From positions 140,291 through 184,206 of the forward strand of contig NW_008246133.1 of assembly GCF_000281045.1 (NCBI RefSeq): a DNA stretch of 43,916 bases, written 5' to 3'. Position numbers and translations under genes: made by a program. Source of the stretch: Saprolegnia diclina VS20 (taxonomy: Eukaryota). Positions 1-12,282 of the stretch are shown piece by piece. The notes below the pieces were generated by a model. The model saw nothing but the letters and a program-made list of their open reading frames with translations. It was not told the DNA's origin and did not search any database. Position 1 is the stretch's first letter. The number at the start of each line of letters is the position of its first letter.

Positions 1-632
1 TCGTCCAGGTCCGAGTCAACCTCGTCCACCGTCATCGTCGTGTTGCTTGCGGCCACCGACAGCACCCGCCGCGCCTTGCACGCCGCCACCTTCTTGATCA
101 GCGGGTTCACACACGTCGCCGCGTCCAGAAAGCACTGGTTCTGGTACTTGAGCTCCGTCTTGCCGCCGTCCATGGACGCGCACACCTTGGCTTTGGTCAG
201 TTGGCACTTGGCGATCCCGCACGTTGCCATCTTCTTGGGGCACTTGCCCGGCGCGATGAACTGAATGTCGGGCTTGACGCAGCGCGCGGCCTTGAGAAAA
301 CAGAGGTTGTCGTACGTCACACCGTTGGAGCCGCACACGGGCTTGACCTCGTTGGGCTTGCACTTGGCGATCTTGCGCGTGCACGAGTTGTCGCAGCTCT
401 TGGCGGGCGACGCCGAGAGACACTGGACTTTCTTGTTGCCGCACTTGGCGACGAGGCAGTTGCACTGGCTGGTGTACGTGTTGACAAACGTGGTGGCGCT
501 GGGCGACTCGAGCGCGCAGTAGGTTTGCTTGAGCGGCGGGCACGCCACGGCGCACTTGCCAGCCTGGAGCGACGACGCGTCCACGGCTGCGACGGCGAGA
601 AGGCCCGACAAAAAGAGATGGACAAGCTGCAT
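1..632 (-). CDS. Secreted multi-domain Kazal-type serine protease inhibitor; 3' end beyond the left edge of the window
   Basis: Not in the ORF track because there is no stop inside the window. From ATG 632 it reads MQLVHLFLSGLLAVAAVDA (signal peptide), then three Cys-rich Kazal-like units, including CKPNEVKPVCGSNGVTYDNLCFLKAARC and VCASMDGGKTELKYQNQCFLDAATC, then an acidic tail. Confidence 0.9.
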   Translation of the reverse strand, partial: MQLVHLFLSGLLAVAAVDASSLQAGKCAVACPPLKQTYCALESPSATTFVNTYTSQCNCLVAKCGNKKVQCLSASPAKSCDNSCTRKIAKCKPNEVKPVCGSNGVTYDNLCFLKAARCVKPDIQFIAPGKCPKKMATCGIAKCQLTKAKVCASMDGGKTELKYQNQCFLDAATCVNPLIKKVAACKARRVLSVAASNTTMTVDEVDSDLD

Positions 633-1713
633 GGGTGATGGAATCTTCAAGGGAAAATGCAAAGTGCGAACGATAGAACAACGGACCGAGAGGCGGTATT
701 CGCTGCGATACGCCACTGTCTCAAGTCATGTGTGCGCGCTCCAGTCCGCATGGCATACAAAGGGCAAGAGGCGTCAACCCATGCAACGGCAGTCGACAGC
801 GCAAGCAACGACCATGACGACGGGTGAACCGTGGGTGAGCTGAGGACTGGGTAGCTACGCTATCGTGTACAGCACGCCGTGATGAGCAACGCCACTCGCA
901 ACTGGAAGCTTCGGCACTTTATCGAGCTCGCTTTCGAGATGGAAGCGATCGTTGAAACGTGGGGATGCTGCCACTGCCCATTTTGGCGTTGCGACACTGG
1001 CGAAGAAATCAAAAGTGGAATTTTGGGGGTTTTGCACGAGATTTCAGGTAAATGTACGGTGACTACAGAACGACAAACATCCGGTCGACGCAAATGACAA
1101 CACACACCTTGCAGCAACGCATCAAAACGCCTCATGTGGCAAGGAATCGTCAAAGAAATATAGTCGAAAGTTACAAAATCGACTAACTAAATCGACGCTC
1201 TAGGTCAAACGTAGCAACTTGTCCACTATGTACATGCCACACTACACTTGATGTCGGGCGCCTTTGGTGCTATCGGCGTCGACAACAAGTCCTCAGCCTC
1301 TGGCAAATCCGAAACGATCGCGCCTTCCGCGCCGACCTACCACTACCAAGGCCATGGACAATGGCCGCTAAGGCAGCGCGTGTCACTCAAATGCACTTGC
1401 ACCACAGCCTCGCTCAAAAGCCCGAGCAGCCTGCTCTTCGTCCGCTTCTCCGGCTCCTCGCACAACACGAGTGGCCGCGCCAGCACCTTGTCCCGCGGAT
1501 CGCGCTCCTCGTCTGCCGAAATCTAGCTCCTCCACTAAGTGTACTAACGTTTGCGGACCACGACGCACGTCTTCTCATATGACAAAGGGAAGGTAATAGC
1601 GCCCAAGCAACCAGCCATGACGTCCCTCGGCTCCGCCAGGTCGCGACGTCGTCGAATTGTCCTCAAACGAGATGCGTCACACAAAAAGCATTGCATATTT
1701 CTTATCAAATGCA

Positions 1714-3199
1714 TCAAGCAGCGTGTTTGCGATCTTCTTGGGGCGACTGCACATCGCGGTACGAGTCTGTGCCTCGGTGCGCGTCCTCGTCATTGTCGTA
1801 CGCCGACCCGCCGTGTTCGAACGCGTCCATGCCCATGCGCTCGGCTTCGGCCGAGACGCGGAGGTACCCGAGTGCCTTCATGCTGNNNNNNNNNNNNNNN
1901 NNNNNNNNNNNNNNNNNNNNNNNNNNNNNNNNNNNNNNNNNNNNNNNNNNNNNNNNNNNNNNNNNNNNNNNNNNNNNNNNNNNNNNNNNNNNNNNNNNNN
2001 NNNNNNNNNNNNNNNNNNNNNNNNNNNNNNNNNNNNNNNNNNNNNNNNNNNNNNNNNNNNNNNNNNNNNNNNNNNNNNNNNNNNNNNNNNNNNNNNNNNN
2101 NNNNNNNNNNNNNNNNNNNNNNNNNNNNNNNNNNNNNNNNNNNNNNNNNNNNNNNNNNNNNNNNNNNNNNNNNNNNNNNNNNNNNNNNNNNNNNNNNNNN
2201 NNNNNNNNNNNNNNNNNNNNNNNNNNNNNNNNNNNNNNNNNNNNNNNNNNNNNNNNNNNNNNNNNNNNNNAAGTGGCCCGCGATGAGCACCTTGTACAAG
2301 ATGGACGTGACGAGGCCGGCCGTGCACGCCGAGAGCGTGAGGTTGACCGCGACCTTGGCCATGACGTCGGCCTTTGTGCCCTCGAGGCTCAGCGTCGAGA
2401 CGCAGTTGAAGCCGTACCAGCCAAACCAGAGAATCATCGTGCCCATGAATTGCAGCAGCACCGACTGCGACGGGAGGTGGCCGTGGCCCTCGGCCGTAAA
2501 CTTGCCAAGGCGCGGACCGAGCAAGAGACACCCGACGAGCGCCGACGTGCCCGCAAACATATGCAGACACCCGGTGCCGGCAAAGTCCATGACGCCAATG
2601 TCAAAGAGGAGGTTGCCTTCGTTGAGCATGCTCGCCCAGCCCGTCTCGGCCCACGCCCAGTGCGCGCAGACCGGGTAGATGAAGAGACTCGCGCAGAACG
2701 AGTAGACAGCGTACGCCGACAGCGAGATGCGCTCGGCGACCGCGCCGTGGCAAATGTTGACGGCCACGGACGCGATCGCCCACTGGAAGAACCAGTCGGC
2801 GTAGTGGTGGCCCCGGAACGCCTGCGTCGCCGAAGCACCCGTGAAGTCGGCGCCTTGCATGAAGAAGCCGGACGAGCCGATAAAGCCGTTGCCGTGCGTG
2901 AACGCAAAGCTGTACCCGGTCGCGTAGAACGTAAGGCCTGTGAGGCAGCAGTCGCATAGGATGCGGATCATGATGTGTTTCGTGTTCTTCTTGTGCACGC
3001 AGCCGATCTCAAGGAGCGCGAGGCCGAGCATCATGAGGAAGACGAGGACGCCGCCAAAGAGGAGCCAAAAGAGGTCGAGCGACGCGCTAAAGCTCGAGGT
3101 TTGGGCCTCGGCGACCGACGCGGTGAATTCGCCCCACGTCAGCGTGCGGCTCGTGCCACCGACGTCGATCGTGATGAGCGACGACGGTTCCCACTGCAT
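1714..3199 (-). CDS. AMT: Ammonium transporter (Amt/Mep/Rh family), copy 1, interrupted by N-gap 1886-2270
   Basis: Motifs FFQWAIA, GAVAER, YPVCAHWAW, DFAGTGCLH, GPRLGKF and LWFGWYGFN. After the gap the frame reads LRVSAEAERMGMDAFEHG..YDNDEDAHRGTDSYRDVQSPQEDRKHAA* with the stop at 1714-1716. Confidence 0.93.
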
Positions 3200-5230
3200 T
3201 TTGAATCGACTTCAGCAATCTCAAAATGGAAATGTCGACTTGAACTGCAAAAGAAGAAGAAGAAGAGCCCGAAAGATCGAAGGGGCACGACGAGACGCAG
3301 TATCTCGAACAAAATATGGTCCATGACCGACTAACTTGTACAACAGGATAGTTGGATAGGATAGCTCGCTGTGAGCTCTAGGTTTGGGTTTCGCGTCGCT
3401 GAAATTGCGGGTCCACGCGTCCGGGATCGGTTGGTCGAGCACGATCATTTTGGCATTGCGCATTGCTTGCATGCGACAGACAGATTCCGAAATCGGCACC
3501 AAAACAGCTGGGTGCATGTCCGTATCCTAGTATTTATAACCGACTTCAACGTTCATCCGGATCACCGCTCCTTGCAGTGCCCCGCGTGGACGCACATACC
3601 GGTATGCTCCTGCACGTAGCAGTACACTTGGTTGTATGATGCAAGCCTTGAGCTCGGAGAATATGCGGCTAGTTTGGTCACAGAAGATGGCGCCAGACGA
3701 TGCAAGATTCGGTTGGTTGATTCGACGGATATATGGACCGTGCCAGTGAAAGCGGGTGGCACACAAGCCTCATTTTGAGCCCACTGCTTGAAGATGCGAT
3801 TCCATGTACCTAGAGGGTAGTGATCAAGTCGCATGTTGTTGAACCACTCGCCGCAACCGCTGTGACGACGGCTCTGGGCTCTGAAACTCCTCCCACCCAC
3901 GGGTTCGTGCCAACCGACGCGGTCGTTGAATGGCACAAATGCCTATCAGGCTACGACTGCATTATACTAGTAGGATCGCACCGAACGAAGTCGCTCGATT
4001 ACAAACTGCTTAGCAATGTCATCATTCTTGCCGCTATGACCGTGCCAAGGCTTTTACACTTGCCATGCGCCCCTACGTGCGTTTACATCCGCAATGACCA
4101 CACAAACCACCGAAATCGATCCTTGAAATGGTCTGTAGCCAATCCCAAGGCCGAATTTTGAATGCATTGCCCAATCATATGCAACAAGCCAAGTCCCAGC
4201 TTTGATTGTGCAAGATAAGAATACACTTGGGCTTGCTGGTTATGCAAACTGGTTGCGCGTACCCAGAGTACATTGGGCCCAAACGTACGTCGAGGCACTC
4301 GTTCTTCTGCGCCGTAGTGACACTGTGTCGACTTCGACAGGCGCCCACGCCGGCACGACCCACCTGCCGCACGTGAGTTCACAAGCGGTACCGGCGTTGC
4401 CCTTCGACGGACCTTCTTCTCTATCGTTCGCTGGAAGGTTCATGCCAGCTGAGAGAATGGGTGCGAGACTCTCCTCTCGAAGTTTGTGGAATTATCATGG
4501 ATACATCTTTTGCTGGCCCGACACCCACGGGCTTCGCGCGTCGTGAGATGACCACAACACCATACATGGCCGTGGGCGTGTACAATAGGACATTTGTCAA
4601 GGCGAGCTAAACGCCTCGTCGTGAAACCCACCCCGACAAACCTTTCTTCTCTGTGAGTCGAGCTGTGTAATGCCGTGATTTTCTGCGTTGAAGCACGGTC
4701 TGGGTGGCGTTCGTGGTGACGTCGCTTCAGGATATGTGCCCATCGTGAGCAGGCCGCTACTTCAAGTGTGGCGTGCAACCAGATCTTAGAGTACCCAACC
4801 GCGATGGGCAGGAAAGGCTCCTATGGCACCCTATAAGGTCCATCGAGCCGACCAGTCTAAGGTACGTGGACACTTCTGGCGCCAGCGTCCAGGTCGATCC
4901 CCTTCGAAATCATTCTGGCGTCGACTTGGCCTGTTTATGCATGTACGAGCAAGGGGCACAATCGCACCAGCTGTGCACGTTACGGGTTGAAGTTGGTGTC
5001 GGTTACAAAAAAGAAAGGACGGTACTGTGGCGAGCTTCTTGCGGTTTGTATGCGAGGCGCGCGAAATAGCCAGCGCCCGGCGACTGTCGCAGGCGAACGT
5101 CGCTTGAAGATTCGCACGTCCTCCTTGCTTCTCGGCGCAAGGTCCTCGGTCGGCACCAGTCGTTCTCGGTCGAAACTTCGCGTTCCGCCTTCATTTTCCT
5201 TTTTTGCCTCAAGCCCGCACTTTCCTCAAG

Positions 5231-6709
5231 ATGCAGTGGGAACCGTCGTCGCTCATCACGATCGACGTCGGTGGCACGAGCCGCACGCTGACGTGGGGCG
5301 AATTCACCGCGTCGGTCGCCGAGGCCCAAACCTCGAGCTATAGCGCGTCGCTCGACCTCTTTTGGCTCCTCTTTGGCGGCGTCCTCGTCTTCCTCATGAT
5401 GCTCGGCCTCGCGCTCCTTGAGATCGGCTGCGTGCACAAGAAGAACACAAAACACATCATGATCCGCATCCTATGCGACTGCTGCCTCACAGGCCTCACG
5501 TTCTACGCGACCGGGTACAGCTTTGCGTTCACGCACGGCAACGGCTTTATCGGCTCGTCCGGCTTCTTCATGCAAGGCGCCGACTTCACGGGTGCCACCG
5601 CGACGCAGGCGTTCCGGGGCCACCACTACGCCGACTGGTTCTTCCAGTGGGCGATCGCGTCCGTGGCCGTCAACATTTGCCACGGCGCGGTCGCCGAGCG
5701 CATCTCGCTGTCGGCGTACGCTGTCTACTCGTTCTGCGCGAGTCTCTTCATCTACCCGGTCTGCGCGCACTGGGCGTGGGCCGAGACGGGCTGGGCGAGC
5801 ATGCTCAACGAAGGCAACCTCCTCTTTGACATTGGCGTCATGGACTTTGCCGGCACCGGGTGTCTGCATATGTTTGCGGGCACGTCGGCGCTCGTCGGGT
5901 GTCTCTTGCTCGGTCCGCGCCTTGGCAAGTTTACGGCCGAGGGCCACGGCCACCTCCCGTCGCAGTCGGTGCTGCTGCAATTCATGGGCACGATGATTCT
6001 CTGGTTTGGCTGGTACGGCTTCAACTGCGTCTCGACGCTGAGCCTCGAGGGCACAAAGGCCGANNNNNNNNNNNNNNNNNNNNNNNNNNNNNNNNNNNNN
6101 NNNNNNNNNNNNNNNNNNNNNNNNNNNNNNNNNNNNNNNNNNNNNNNNNNNNNNNNNNNNNNNNNNNNNNNNNNNNNNNNNNNNNNNNNNNNNNNNNNNN
6201 NNNNNNNNNNNNNNNNNNNNNNNNNNNNNNNNNNNNNNNNNNNNNNNNNNNNNNNNNNNNNNNNNNNNNNNNNNNNNNNNNNNNNNNNNNNNNNNNNNNN
6301 NNNNNNNNNNNNNNNNNNNNNNNNNNNNNNNNNNNNNNNNNNNNNNNNNNNNNNNNNNNNNNNNNNNNNNNNNNNNNNNNNNNNNNNNNNNNNNNNNNNN
6401 NNNNNNNNNNNNNNNNNNNNNNNNNNNNNNNNNNNNNNNTGCGAGGGCGGCGGCGGCAAGCAGTTTGGCGCGCAGATCGTGTACGCACTCGCCGTCTTTG
6501 CGTTCGTCGGTGTCTGCGTCAGCATCATCTTTGGCAGCATGAAGGCACTCGGGTACCTCCGCGTCTCGGCCGAAGCCGAGCGCATGGGCATGGACGCGTT
6601 CGAACACGGCGGGTCGGCGTACGACAATGGCGAGGACGACGAGCACACCAACAAGGAGAGCTACAACAACTCGCTGCAGAGCCCGGCCGCGCGTCGCGAC
6701 GTTGTTTAG
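5231..6709 (+). CDS. AMT: Ammonium transporter, copy 2, interrupted by N-gap 6064-6439
   Basis: Same Amt motifs as copy 1 and near-identical in sequence. The C-terminus is QFGAQIVY...EHGGSAYDNGEDDEHTNKESYNNSLQSPAARRDVV*. Confidence 0.93.
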   Translation: MQWEPSSLITIDVGGTSRTLTWGEFTASVAEAQTSSYSASLDLFWLLFGGVLVFLMMLGLALLEIGCVHKKNTKHIMIRILCDCCLTGLTFYATGYSFAFTHGNGFIGSSGFFMQGADFTGATATQAFRGHHYADWFFQWAIASVAVNICHGAVAERISLSAYAVYSFCASLFIYPVCAHWAWAETGWASMLNEGNLLFDIGVMDFAGTGCLHMFAGTSALVGCLLLGPRLGKFTAEGHGHLPSQSVLLQFMGTMILWFGWYGFNCVSTLSLEGTKAXXXXXXXXXXXXXXXXXXXXXXXXXXXXXXXXXXXXXXXXXXXXXXXXXXXXXXXXXXXXXXXXXXXXXXXXXXXXXXXXXXXXXXXXXXXXXXXXXXXXXXXXXXXXXXXXXXXXXXXXXXXXXXCEGGGGKQFGAQIVYALAVFAFVGVCVSIIFGSMKALGYLRVSAEAERMGMDAFEHGGSAYDNGEDDEHTNKESYNNSLQSPAARRDVV

Positions 6710-7172
6710 AGTCGTGCAACAGCTTTTTGGATTAATGAATTTTGAGTGGACATTAGTGTTGTGGTTATGGACGAGATATATATACGAGTGTAGTTGGGCT
6801 AGGGTACATATACGTAGCAGAAATCGATCGTCGATATTGTTGCAACGAGCCCTTGTCTTGCCTTGCTAAACGTGATATTGCCAATGCTGTGGGAAGCTGC
6901 GACTGGGCTTTGCGGAGCTTTGCCGTTGGCGGGACGACTGCAAACGCACGTGGTGATGGTTACGGACGACTGGCGGGGCTGGACCACCGTATCATGTGGT
7001 TGCATTCGTCCGGCGGATCACGAAATTTGACTTCGAGGCATTTGATTCATGAAATTCGTAAAGCGAAATTTTCCAGTGTGCTTCAGTCGCTGGCGTTTCA
7101 CTCCAATTGAGTTCGATTTGTAGTATTCTGTCGGTCAGATAGGAAACTCTTGGTATAATTAATTGATATCGC

Positions 7173-9362
7173 TTAGAGGTGGGTCTGCTGCTGCTGTCGG
7201 AGGAGCTCCACGATGAAAGCGAGCTTGGCGTCGACGTCCTGGACCTTGGCGTCCATGCTGGCGACCTTGGCGAGGACCGCCGCCGCATCCAGCATCGACG
7301 CTGCCTTCGACGGCAGCACCGTGCGCTCCGAGGAGGACACCGTATTGGCAAACACCTCGAGCTTCCGGATCGTCTTCTCGCCTTGGAGGTCCGTGACGTT
7401 GATGGCTTGGGCGATCTGCTTGGCAGTCCAGACCGTCGTGCCGTTGACGTCTTGGTTCAAAATGGTCTCGAGCCGACGAAGGTGGTCCGGGCGCCGCAGA
7501 ACGTAGATCGAGAGCACGTCTTGGAGCACAGCGATGAACTCGGTGATGAACGACCGCTTGCCTTCGTTGGTCGTAACGACGTCTTCGTGCGCTGCGATGA
7601 TGACCGCGAGCATGATGTTGATCAAGACGAGCGTGATGATCGACTGCGACGCCCAGTACCAAAGGATCGCGAGGTCGTTGTAGTCCTTGATCATGTCGTA
7701 GCTGTAGCCGCCAAAGAGCATGTTGATGCACGTCACCATCGACTTGTGCAAGCTCGAGAATTCGTCGAGCTGCGGGCCAAAGAGGAGGCACCCGGACGTC
7801 GCGAGCGCCATGACGACCAAGAGGAAGATGAAGAGGAACGCGCCGAGGCGCTTGAGACTGGCCACAATCGTGTTGGTCAAAATGTTCATGGTCGGGTGAA
7901 ACTGAAACGCCGCGAGCACACTATACAAAACACAAGATAAGACAATCATCTCCACAAATCGAAAAATGAAAATACGTACTGGACCACGAGCTGGAGGCAC
8001 GCGACGATCGAAATCACATAGAGAAACTGGATTGACGGACCGAATGTGTCGATAAAGTCCGAGACGTCGGGCTGGTTGCTCTTGCCCATCTGGATGCGCT
8101 GCTCGGCGAGCGGCAGCTTGTACAAGTCGTCATAGAACGTCGTCAACTTGGCGAGTTCGTCCTCAAAGTGCGACGCAAAGAACTTTTGGCAAATCTGGAC
8201 CCACGCCGCATAGTACAAGCCGACGCAGAGAATCGAGCACCACTCGATGAACGTCGTGCGCGCGTCGCAGCGCCAAGCAACTTGGCGACAAATTTGGCGC
8301 TTGATCGTAAGGAGGCGGCGGCCGAGGACCGCGAGGACAAAGATGCCGACGATGATGTCGAGGATCGTGTTGAGCACCGACGTCGAGTACGGGTTGGTCG
8401 GGACGCTCTGCACCGAGTACGTTGGCGTATACGCGCCGCCCTCTTCGACATGGATTTCAAAGTGGAGGTACGAGAACATGTCGAGCTCGCCGTTGTACGT
8501 GGTGATCTTGACGTGGAACTCGCGCGTCGCCATCGAGAGGAAGTAGCCGCCAGCACTGCCTTCGTCGACCCAGCGCTTAAAGCGCGCGTACGGATCCGGA
8601 TTTGCGATCGGAATGTACATGGTGTACCACGGCTGTCGACGCAAGTTGCGCGTCGCGAGATCGCCTTCCTTGACGTCCGACTCCATTGAAAAATCAAAGC
8701 ACGGCCCGTAGCGCTTGGCGAGGAGCGAGTCGCTTTCGCACTTGGTCATGCGCGTGTTAAAAATCGAAAACTCGACTGCACCCACGAGCTGGTTGTACGA
8801 GCTAATGCGCCCTTGGAGCTCTGGCGGCAAGATCGTTCCTAGTAGAAATCGAATCTTTAGAAATAGACTCGAAACAAGCGAGGTACCGTTGACAGCGGTC
8901 TTTGTAAAGACGGACGGCAGCACCGAGTTGTTGATCCACTTGGGAATGTCGTCCATGGCCCGAATCTTCATAAAGTTGACAATCGTCTTGGACTGCACGA
9001 CATCCTGTACACAAAAATGAGTCGTCGGTCGAGCAAAATGGAAAATATACCGAGGCCTTGGGGTTGAGCGACGACGAGACGCCGTGGTCGGCCAAGTACA
9101 CTTGGTGGATCGGCGTGTGCGTCAACACCATCGCGATAAAGGCGAAGAAGAGCAAGCACGGCACGGGGACGTTGACAAAATGGTGCCGCAAATCTTGGCG
9201 CGCTTGGAGTCCGATGCGCGCGCGCTGCGTCGAGATGCTCATAGCCTCGGGCTCGAGCATCGCGAGTGGCGTCTCGGCCGTCTCGAGGTCCTGCGCCCCC
9301 CAGACACCAGGGTGGGTCACGGGGCTGCTCTCTTGCACATAGTGCGTGCTGAAGCTCTTCAT
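7173..9362 (-). CDS. Polycystin/PKD2-like (TRP-type) cation channel, paralog A; 4 exons, about 678 aa
   Basis: GT-AG introns at 9005-9050, 8839-8886 and 7921-7979 give a continuous 2037-nt frame. It has an N-terminal TM, a large luminal loop, and S5-pore-S6 motifs (LLFGPQLDEFSSL...MLFGGY...LVLINIMLAVI). Confidence 0.82.
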
Positions 9363-10755
9363 CACTCTGGCGCCAAAGGAAAAGTGAGCGTGCCCGGTGT
9401 TCCACACGGGGCGACACATGCTTTTCGGCGCCAGAGGCAACGCCAACGTCCAACCTCATCAAATGCCACTCGTCGTGCGCCATTTGATTGGCCCATAGAA
9501 AATAGAATTCCCAAAATCGCGTGCGGATTGGATAAAAAGAATTTCGATGCCACCAGATGCCACCTGTTGTGGTCGGCGCGAGCGTCACACGCTCACGTCC
9601 ACAAACAAAACGTGGTTGGTCACACACGAGTTCTTGAAGATGCCACGCTGGAACACACTCCCATCCATCGCTACCCAAGTCGGAACAGCGCGTCGATCTC
9701 GCTCCTTTGGCTGTTGCAAGTTGTTGCGGTAGCGGGCCAAGCCCTCGCGCTGGGTGCTCTGAAAACACATAGCTCTCCCGTGGCTGCAGTTCGTGTCATG
9801 GCAGACAGATGACTGCACGGGATGCATGATGCTCTCCGATGGGGCAGAGAGGCTGATACGGTGCCGTGTCTGTGTCGCGTGTGGGCGCGTCATGACTTTG
9901 GTAGTCATCACGCGCACAGGACACAATGCGCGCATGAGTCGGCTCGTTGCAGCTACGAATCGTTGGACTGCAGGACGATGAAGACGTTTACTAAGAGGCC
10001 CGACAACTACAATCATTGTCCGTCTGGAGAGCGTCAGTTCAAACGTGGCTGGAATCCCGAACTCCGGATTCCGCAGAATTTTGCTCGCGCCTGATAAAGT
10101 GGGATGTTGTCACAACCCAGCGGCGCGAGTCGCCAGAACCACCAATAATGCAACGCTTGACGTGGCTCAATCTCAAGTGTGAGAAGAACAACCGAACGCC
10201 ACTCGCTCCGTTGCGCACGATTCGATGCCGTCCATACCTTGGTACGCTGTCAAGTATGTATAGAGCTAATAGCTGGAGCGAATGAGTCTCTCCTTGGTTA
10301 AACTGAATGATGGTCATTACGAGATTGTCACAATTCACCAACAACTCAACACGCTGAGTGTTCGTGTTGGCAGCGGCGCACGCTTGACAGGTACTGAAGG
10401 AGCGTTGGTCGCTGTGCCTCTACACTCGTCAAACACAACGGTAAGGCTGCGAGCTCTCGAGTACTACATCGCGTGGGCGCTGCCTGCTCCGACGTCGGCA
10501 AAGTCAGGACGAGTGCGGGCAGTCCGTCAAGTGGATCCTGCTAGCTCAATGCTGCTAGTTTGCCGTTGCGTAAAGTGATGGTAGATTCCTTGAGGTGACG
10601 TGGCAAAGGTGTCCATATCAAACGCGTCCCTCCAGCAACGTGACGTTGCCTACCCATACTACCCAATCACCAGATCACTCCCCAATCACAATGAAAGCCC
10701 ACTATACTAGCAAGAACGACCTTGTACTTTGTACTTCAATTAGACGACGACTCGT

Positions 10756-11400
10756 TTACATTGTCATGAGAATCACCGATAGCCCACAAGCACCTAGAAG
10801 CGCCCACGCAGTGCGGGCGTATTGCGCTGCACCGTTCGTATTCGGCGGCGCCGTCGTCGTGTTCGACTCCATACTGGTATTCGGTTCTGTCGTCATGACA
10901 TCGTCCGATATAAAGAGGTCAAAGCTTTCCTCGTTCGTGTCGACGGGCACTTCGAGCAACCCAATGTTGTCGCCCAGCTCTGGGTCATCCGACGCGTCGA
11001 CCGTGATGGTAGCTCCACTGCCCGTCGAATTGGTCTCTATAAGACATCCTCGTTAGCACACTTGCAGGGTTAGCGGTCGTTGACTCGTAGTGTACCGGGT
11101 TTGGGCTTTTTGCAGGCGGTGGGTGTAATCGCAGCGTTGACGCAGGTTGCAGCCGTCAAGTAACATTCGTTCTAAAACTTGAGCGCGACGCCCTAAGCGT
11201 TGCGCACACCTTGTTCGTGGCAAGTGCCAGTTCCTCTCGCCGGGTTGATGCACCTTGCCTTGGGGTAGCACAGGTGGTCGTACGTCGCGCCGTTGGAGCC
11301 GCGGACAGGAGCAACTTGATTGAGCTTGCACTTGGCGAACTTGGACAAGCACGACGGGTCGCGGCTCTTGCACTTGAGGAAGTCGCACTGGTTAAACGAA
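10756..11400 (-). pseudogene. Decayed Kazal inhibitor paralog with an acidic/Thr-rich stalk and hydrophobic (GPI-signal-like) C-terminus
   Basis: Reads NQCDFLKCK..CLSKFAKCKLNQVAPVRGSNGATYDHLCY (Cys changed to Arg), with frameshifts, an in-frame stop in LKF*NECYLTAATCVN, and no signal peptide or ATG. The tail is ...NGAAQYARTAWALLGACGLSVILMTM*. Confidence 0.75.
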
Positions 11401-11516
11401 TACTTTTTTTAATAGTTTTCTAGGAAATTGCATGTATGGATCGACCGAGAGATAGACAAATACATGCAAAGGACTGTGTACTCGAGGTGCATGCTAGGAT
11501 GATTCAACTACACTAC

Positions 11517-12182
11517 TCAAATGAGGCGTTGTTGCTGCTGCTTCATGCACTCGACCAAGAAGGCGAGCTTTGCGTCCATCTCTTGCATCTTGGCATCGGC
11601 GCTCTGGCCGCTTGGCGCCACCGCGCGATCCAAAGCCGCGGTGATCTGGTTGACGCCGCGCACCGGCTCCTCAACGTCCACGGACGCTGCGTAGTGCTTG
11701 AGCTTGGAGATGAGCCGCTCGGCGCGGGGCTCGGTAATGTTGATCCCGAGCGCGACGTCCTTGGTCGTCCACACAGTGTGCGACTCGATCTCCATGCGGT
11801 TGGTGAGCTTCTTGAAGAGGTCCGGGCGCCGCAAAATGTAAATCTTAATCACATCCCGCATGACAAGGAAGAACTCGTCCACAAACGAGCGCTTGCTACA
11901 AGAAAACATGAGCAATGCATCTCGGAAATCGATGATGCCATACCCGAGGTTAATGTCAACAATCTCTTGGTGGGACGTGATGACAACCGCGAGCATGATG
12001 TTGACCAGCACGAGCGTCACGATTGACTGACTGACCCAAAACCACACGACCGCGAGGTCGTTGACGTCCTTGATGAGGTCGTAGCTGTAGCCGCCAAAGA
12101 GCATGTTGATGCACGTCACCATCGACTTGTCGAGGCGGCTGAATTCTTCGAGCTGCGGACCAAAGAGGAGGCACCCGGACGT
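11517..12182 (-). CDS. 3' part of a PKD2-like channel gene nearly identical to paralog B (13614-15833); truncated by the 100-N gap
   Basis: Matches 13614-14279 almost base for base, including the 48-nt intron and about 85 nt of 3' flank. Confidence 0.7.
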   Translation of the reverse strand, partial: TSGCLLFGPQLEEFSRLDKSMVTCINMLFGGYSYDLIKDVNDLAVVWFWVSQSIVTLVLVNIMLAVVITSHQEIVDINLGYGIIDFRDALLMFSCSKRSFVDEFFLVMRDVIKIYILRRPDLFKKLTNRMEIESHTVWTTKDVALGINITEPRAERLISKLKHYAASVDVEEPVRGVNQITAALDRAVAPSGQSADAKMQEMDAKLAFLVECMKQQQQRLI

Positions 12183-12282
12183 NNNNNNNNNNNNNNNNNN
12201 NNNNNNNNNNNNNNNNNNNNNNNNNNNNNNNNNNNNNNNNNNNNNNNNNNNNNNNNNNNNNNNNNNNNNNNNNNNNNNNNNN

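Noticed and set aside
1248..1660. GC-rich short ORFs (e.g. 1361-1582) between Kazal and AMT
   Set aside because: Possibly a decayed gene fragment, but no recognisable motif or consistent splice structure.
1714..2300. Apparent frameshift in AMT copy 1 across the gap
   Set aside because: The gap length is only an estimate, and both flanks are intact relative to copy 2.
1551..2959. Long ORFs in the track that run through N-gaps (also 5471-6735 and 23880-24891)
   Set aside because: Artefacts of translating N as X. Only the AMT and GH17 frames have family motifs.
3251..3265. (AAG)5 microsatellite upstream of AMT copy 1
   Set aside because: Short pyrimidine-rich leader tract on the sense strand; ordinary.
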